From: Vicugna vicugna
Lineage: Eukaryota
Assembly (NCBI GenBank): GCA_013265495.1
Contig: MU061804.1
Coordinates: forward strand, 2,878,263 to 2,942,262
Direction of reading: 5' to 3'
Length of the DNA: 64,000 nucleotides
This document shows, one piece after another, positions 61,136 to 64,000 of the stretch. How positions within the stretch are numbered: position 1 is the stretch's first letter; every line of letters starts with the position of its first letter. A program made the translations under genes and the position numbers. The notes below the pieces were generated by a model. The model searched no databases and was not told the DNA's origin. It saw only the letters and a program-made list of their open reading frames with translations.

Positions 61136-61379
61136 ACCTGAAGTACAGCTGAATGAAAGGAAAACATAAGACTTCGCAGAAAATTCTGCAAAGGTTGTAA
61201 AATCGCCAATTGGATTTTCAAGATGGATGGTTTCTCCCTAATGAGATTCTGCTGCCGTGTATAAACCAGCTTTGCAGCTTTATCCTGTCCTATCAAGCAA
61301 ACCATTTTTCACTAGTCACGTTTACACATCATGTCCACGCCGCCAACAGCGCACAGAGCCCTCGCCTTTCACTCTGCTC

Positions 61380-62850
61380 GCGGGGCGATGTTAACAACAC
61401 GCTTCGGCTTCAGGAAATAACACGCCAATTAAAAAACACACGTGCGTGGCTGAGCCACAGCCTCACCAACCCGCACCGTGAACCTCGTGTTTCCACGCCA
61501 AGAGCAGGCGCACAGTTACAGGCTGGAAGGGCCCCGGGAGTGCCCCTTGCAGGCTGGCACCTTCTGGAAGAAGCGGCCAGTGGGGCGGCCTTTCTCCGCG
61601 CGGGGTCTGGGGCCCGCCTGCACCAGCAGCCCTGGGGACGCGCGCTAAGATGCGCGTTCCTGGGTCCCCCCTCCCCAGGCACACTGACGTAGGCTCCCTC
61701 GGAGAGGGACCGGGGAATCCACCTTCCATGGAGGCTCCCTGCTCATCCTGAGGCAAGCCGACATTCAAGAACCATGCAGCGAAGGCTCGCCACAAACGTC
61801 ATCCCCACGACGCTGCCACCGCTGCCCGACCCGGCGGCAAGGCCGAGGGGGCGACGCCCCTCCCACAGCACCCAACACCAGCCCTCGGGCTCTGTCGGGT
61901 CCCGGGTGTCACAGCTGGGGCCGTCTGTCAGGCTGGAAGACGCAGCCTGGTCTGGACACCCGCTTGGAGCTGAGGGAAGTCAGTGTGGACAGAAAGCCGC
62001 AGGACGGCGGCCGGGCAAGGGCAGGAATTGAAGGGCCCCCCTGCTCCTGAGAAACGGCCTGCGGCCCGAATCAGCTGGACAGGCTGTGCAGACGAGGAAC
62101 CGACTCCAGCGAGGGTGTGGGGGGCGCTGCCAGGTCTGTCAAGGCCAAGGTGGTCCAGGCGGCCTGGGTGGTGGTCCAGGCTACTGAGCAGCCGAGGACT
62201 GAGCTGGGCCTGCCTCTGATCTAGAAAGCGCGTCTCTCCAGAGTGCTCAGAGCTCCCAGGCAGCCTGATCCATCCTGACCCCCACCCTCGGGGTTAGGTC
62301 TTGGTGAGGAACTCAGTCAGGTCGCCTTCTCCAGCAGATCCCGACTCTGGTCGGAAGTCAGAATCTCGGGATATTTTATAAACACAGACTTCAAGCCCCA
62401 CCCCCAGACCAAGGCAACAACGGGGCCGTCCAGGGGTGGGGCCCCAGCATCCCCCGGCGAGTCTGGTCAAAGGTCCGACTCTCCAGACAGCATGGTTTTG
62501 CATCCGGAGAGCTCAAGCTTGTGACAGGGGCGGGTGGTTTCTCTGGCAAAGGAATTCCTAATTCTGAGGGCCAGTTCTTCCTCGCGTCGCACTACGTCTC
62601 TCATCGTAAAAGGTCAGGTTCTCCGAGCTTCTGCGTGGTGCACGCAGAGAAGCGTGGCACGGGTGCGATCTGACCCTCTCCTCCTCGAGGGGAAGTGGAG
62701 GTGCTGAGGGGACGCGCCCCCTCCGGAGCGGCCGCCGGGGAGCTGGGCTTTAGCCCGAGGTCTGCGCACTTGACCTTGACCCAGGAGGCCATGGCTGCTT
62801 CCCGGTGGACATGCGCCAGAGTCAACACTGACCCGGATGCCAACGCAAAT
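61380..62850. promoter_or_regulatory. CpG-rich intronic segment (possible CpG island or enhancer)
   Basis: Visibly dense CpG/CGCG words. Obs/exp ratio not computed, and the background is itself CpG-rich. Confidence 0.35.
62332..62420. mobile_element. MER5A-like DNA transposon remnant
   Basis: tcagaatctc...taaacacagactt..gccccacccccaga resembles MER5A. Confidence 0.45.
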
Positions 62851-63854
62851 CTGAGATTTTCTCAACCCTCTGTCCCGAAGGACAAGAGGGCGGAGGCTGG
62901 ATGGTCCTAGACTTGCCTCCTTCCCCTGCTCCCGATACGCAGGGTAAGAAAAGAAAACCCACAGCAGTGAGGAAGGCCCCGGGCCATTTCTGACACCGCC
63001 CCGGAGCCTGGGTCTCCTGACATCAGCCCCAAGCACGCGACCCCCTGAGTCCTCCTCCCTCCCAGAGCCTGGAGGTGACCCTGGGGGAAGCTGAGGGGAC
63101 CTTACTAACGGCCACGAAACTGTAACTCTGAGAGGGCAGGGGGACTGCCCCCAGGTCAGTGGCATCTTTCTGGGCCCTGTGGGAGAAGAATGTGTGTGGT
63201 TTGGAAAAGGAGGAGGGAGCCTGGGTGCTGCTGCCAGTGACAACGCTGCCTCGAGTCTCAACAGCATGGATTTCCCGGTCGGCTTCGCGGCGGAATCTTG
63301 ACTGCTCGGCCCATCGGTCTGATCACAAACTCCTCAAAGATGGGGACTCTGTGTTCTGTTGGCTGAACTCAGCCTGGCACAGAGCAAGCACCCCTTCCGT
63401 GTGAGGTGCAGCCCTACGTGGGCCGCCCTCCTGGGGCCGAGCCCTGGGTGGGTCGCAGCCGCCCTGCCTCGTCACCCTCCCCGGGACAGCACGGATTCCC
63501 TGACGGAGTGACACGTTAGCCCCGGCGCTGAAAGGCCAGCTAGTGGAGGCGCCTGGGCAATGCGTGGAGAGTCCTCGGGACCCCCCGACTCCAGCCCGAT
63601 CAGACCCTTCCGCAGTCTGTCCTTTCTCCCCCCTCCCCGCGAGACTGCGCCCCTCCCACAGAAAAGCCCAACCCGGTCTCCTAGGAGATGCCCAGAATCA
63701 CACAGCCTCACCCTGGGTCACCCGGGAAGCTTTCTACTCAAACCCTCCGGTTTCTTGTCTGACCTCGGAGCTGCAAGGACTTCTAAGGGCATGCGGTCCA
63801 GGTGTAACCCAGAAGCGGGGGGTGACCACTCTGTTTTTTCCCTTTAACAGAAGA

Positions 63855-63970
63855 GAACACGGTGGCGCTACTCTGCTGCACACCTGACACCAGTGCTGTC
63901 AAGTGACGGCACTTCGATAAAAAATAAGAATTAAAAAATTTAAAAATAAAAAAATTTTAAGTAAAAAAAC
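63855..63970 (+). mobile_element. LINE-1 extreme 3' end with A-rich tail
   Basis: ctctgctgcacacctgacacc...cacttcgataaaaaataa followed by an A-rich tail, resembling the L1 terminus. Confidence 0.6.
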
Positions 63971-64000
63971 TACCAGAAAACCTCAGAGCCGGCCACCCGG

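Noticed and set aside
53562-64000. Next upstream CRACR2A exon (expected ...LECALKR)
   Set aside because: Searched by eye and not found. It is presumably beyond the window end, so this is not evidence of exon loss.

Overview
Mammalian, GC/CpG-rich genomic DNA, very probably from a camelid: it carries three tRNA-Ala-derived Vic-1-type SINEs with target-site duplications. The window holds the facing 3' ends of two genes. On the + strand are the last three coding exons of PRMT8 (3157-3307, 8500-8621, 9302-9385), with a poly(A) signal at 10141. On the - strand are the last 13 coding exons of CRACR2A/EFCAB4B, long isoform Rab46 (53561 down to the stop at 18540). These encode the coiled-coil, Pro-rich and Rab GTPase regions and a C-terminal CCG prenylation motif. 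I spliced all 16 exons by hand: every junction is GT-AG, phases are continuous and there are no stops, so both genes look intact. The 5' exons of both genes lie outside the window. The rest is intronic or intergenic, with MIR, L2, L1, CR1/L3, MaLR and MER5-type relics, microsatellites, one minisatellite and a 132-N gap. Almost all ORFs in the supplied track are GC-driven noise. I found no convincing new gene or new biological system. The best leads are regulatory: (1) intronic read-through or polyadenylation points that could split CRACR2A into Rab-less isoforms; (2) poly(A) signals that look transposon-derived; (3) a perfect RFX X-box, a MEF2 site and homeobox-motif islands that may be PRMT8 enhancers inside CRACR2A; (4) a Tyr at a normally Asp position in the PRMT8 C-terminus; (5) GC-ward drift of ancient repeats. 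Comparisons with human proteins and repeat consensuses are from memory and need alignment to confirm.
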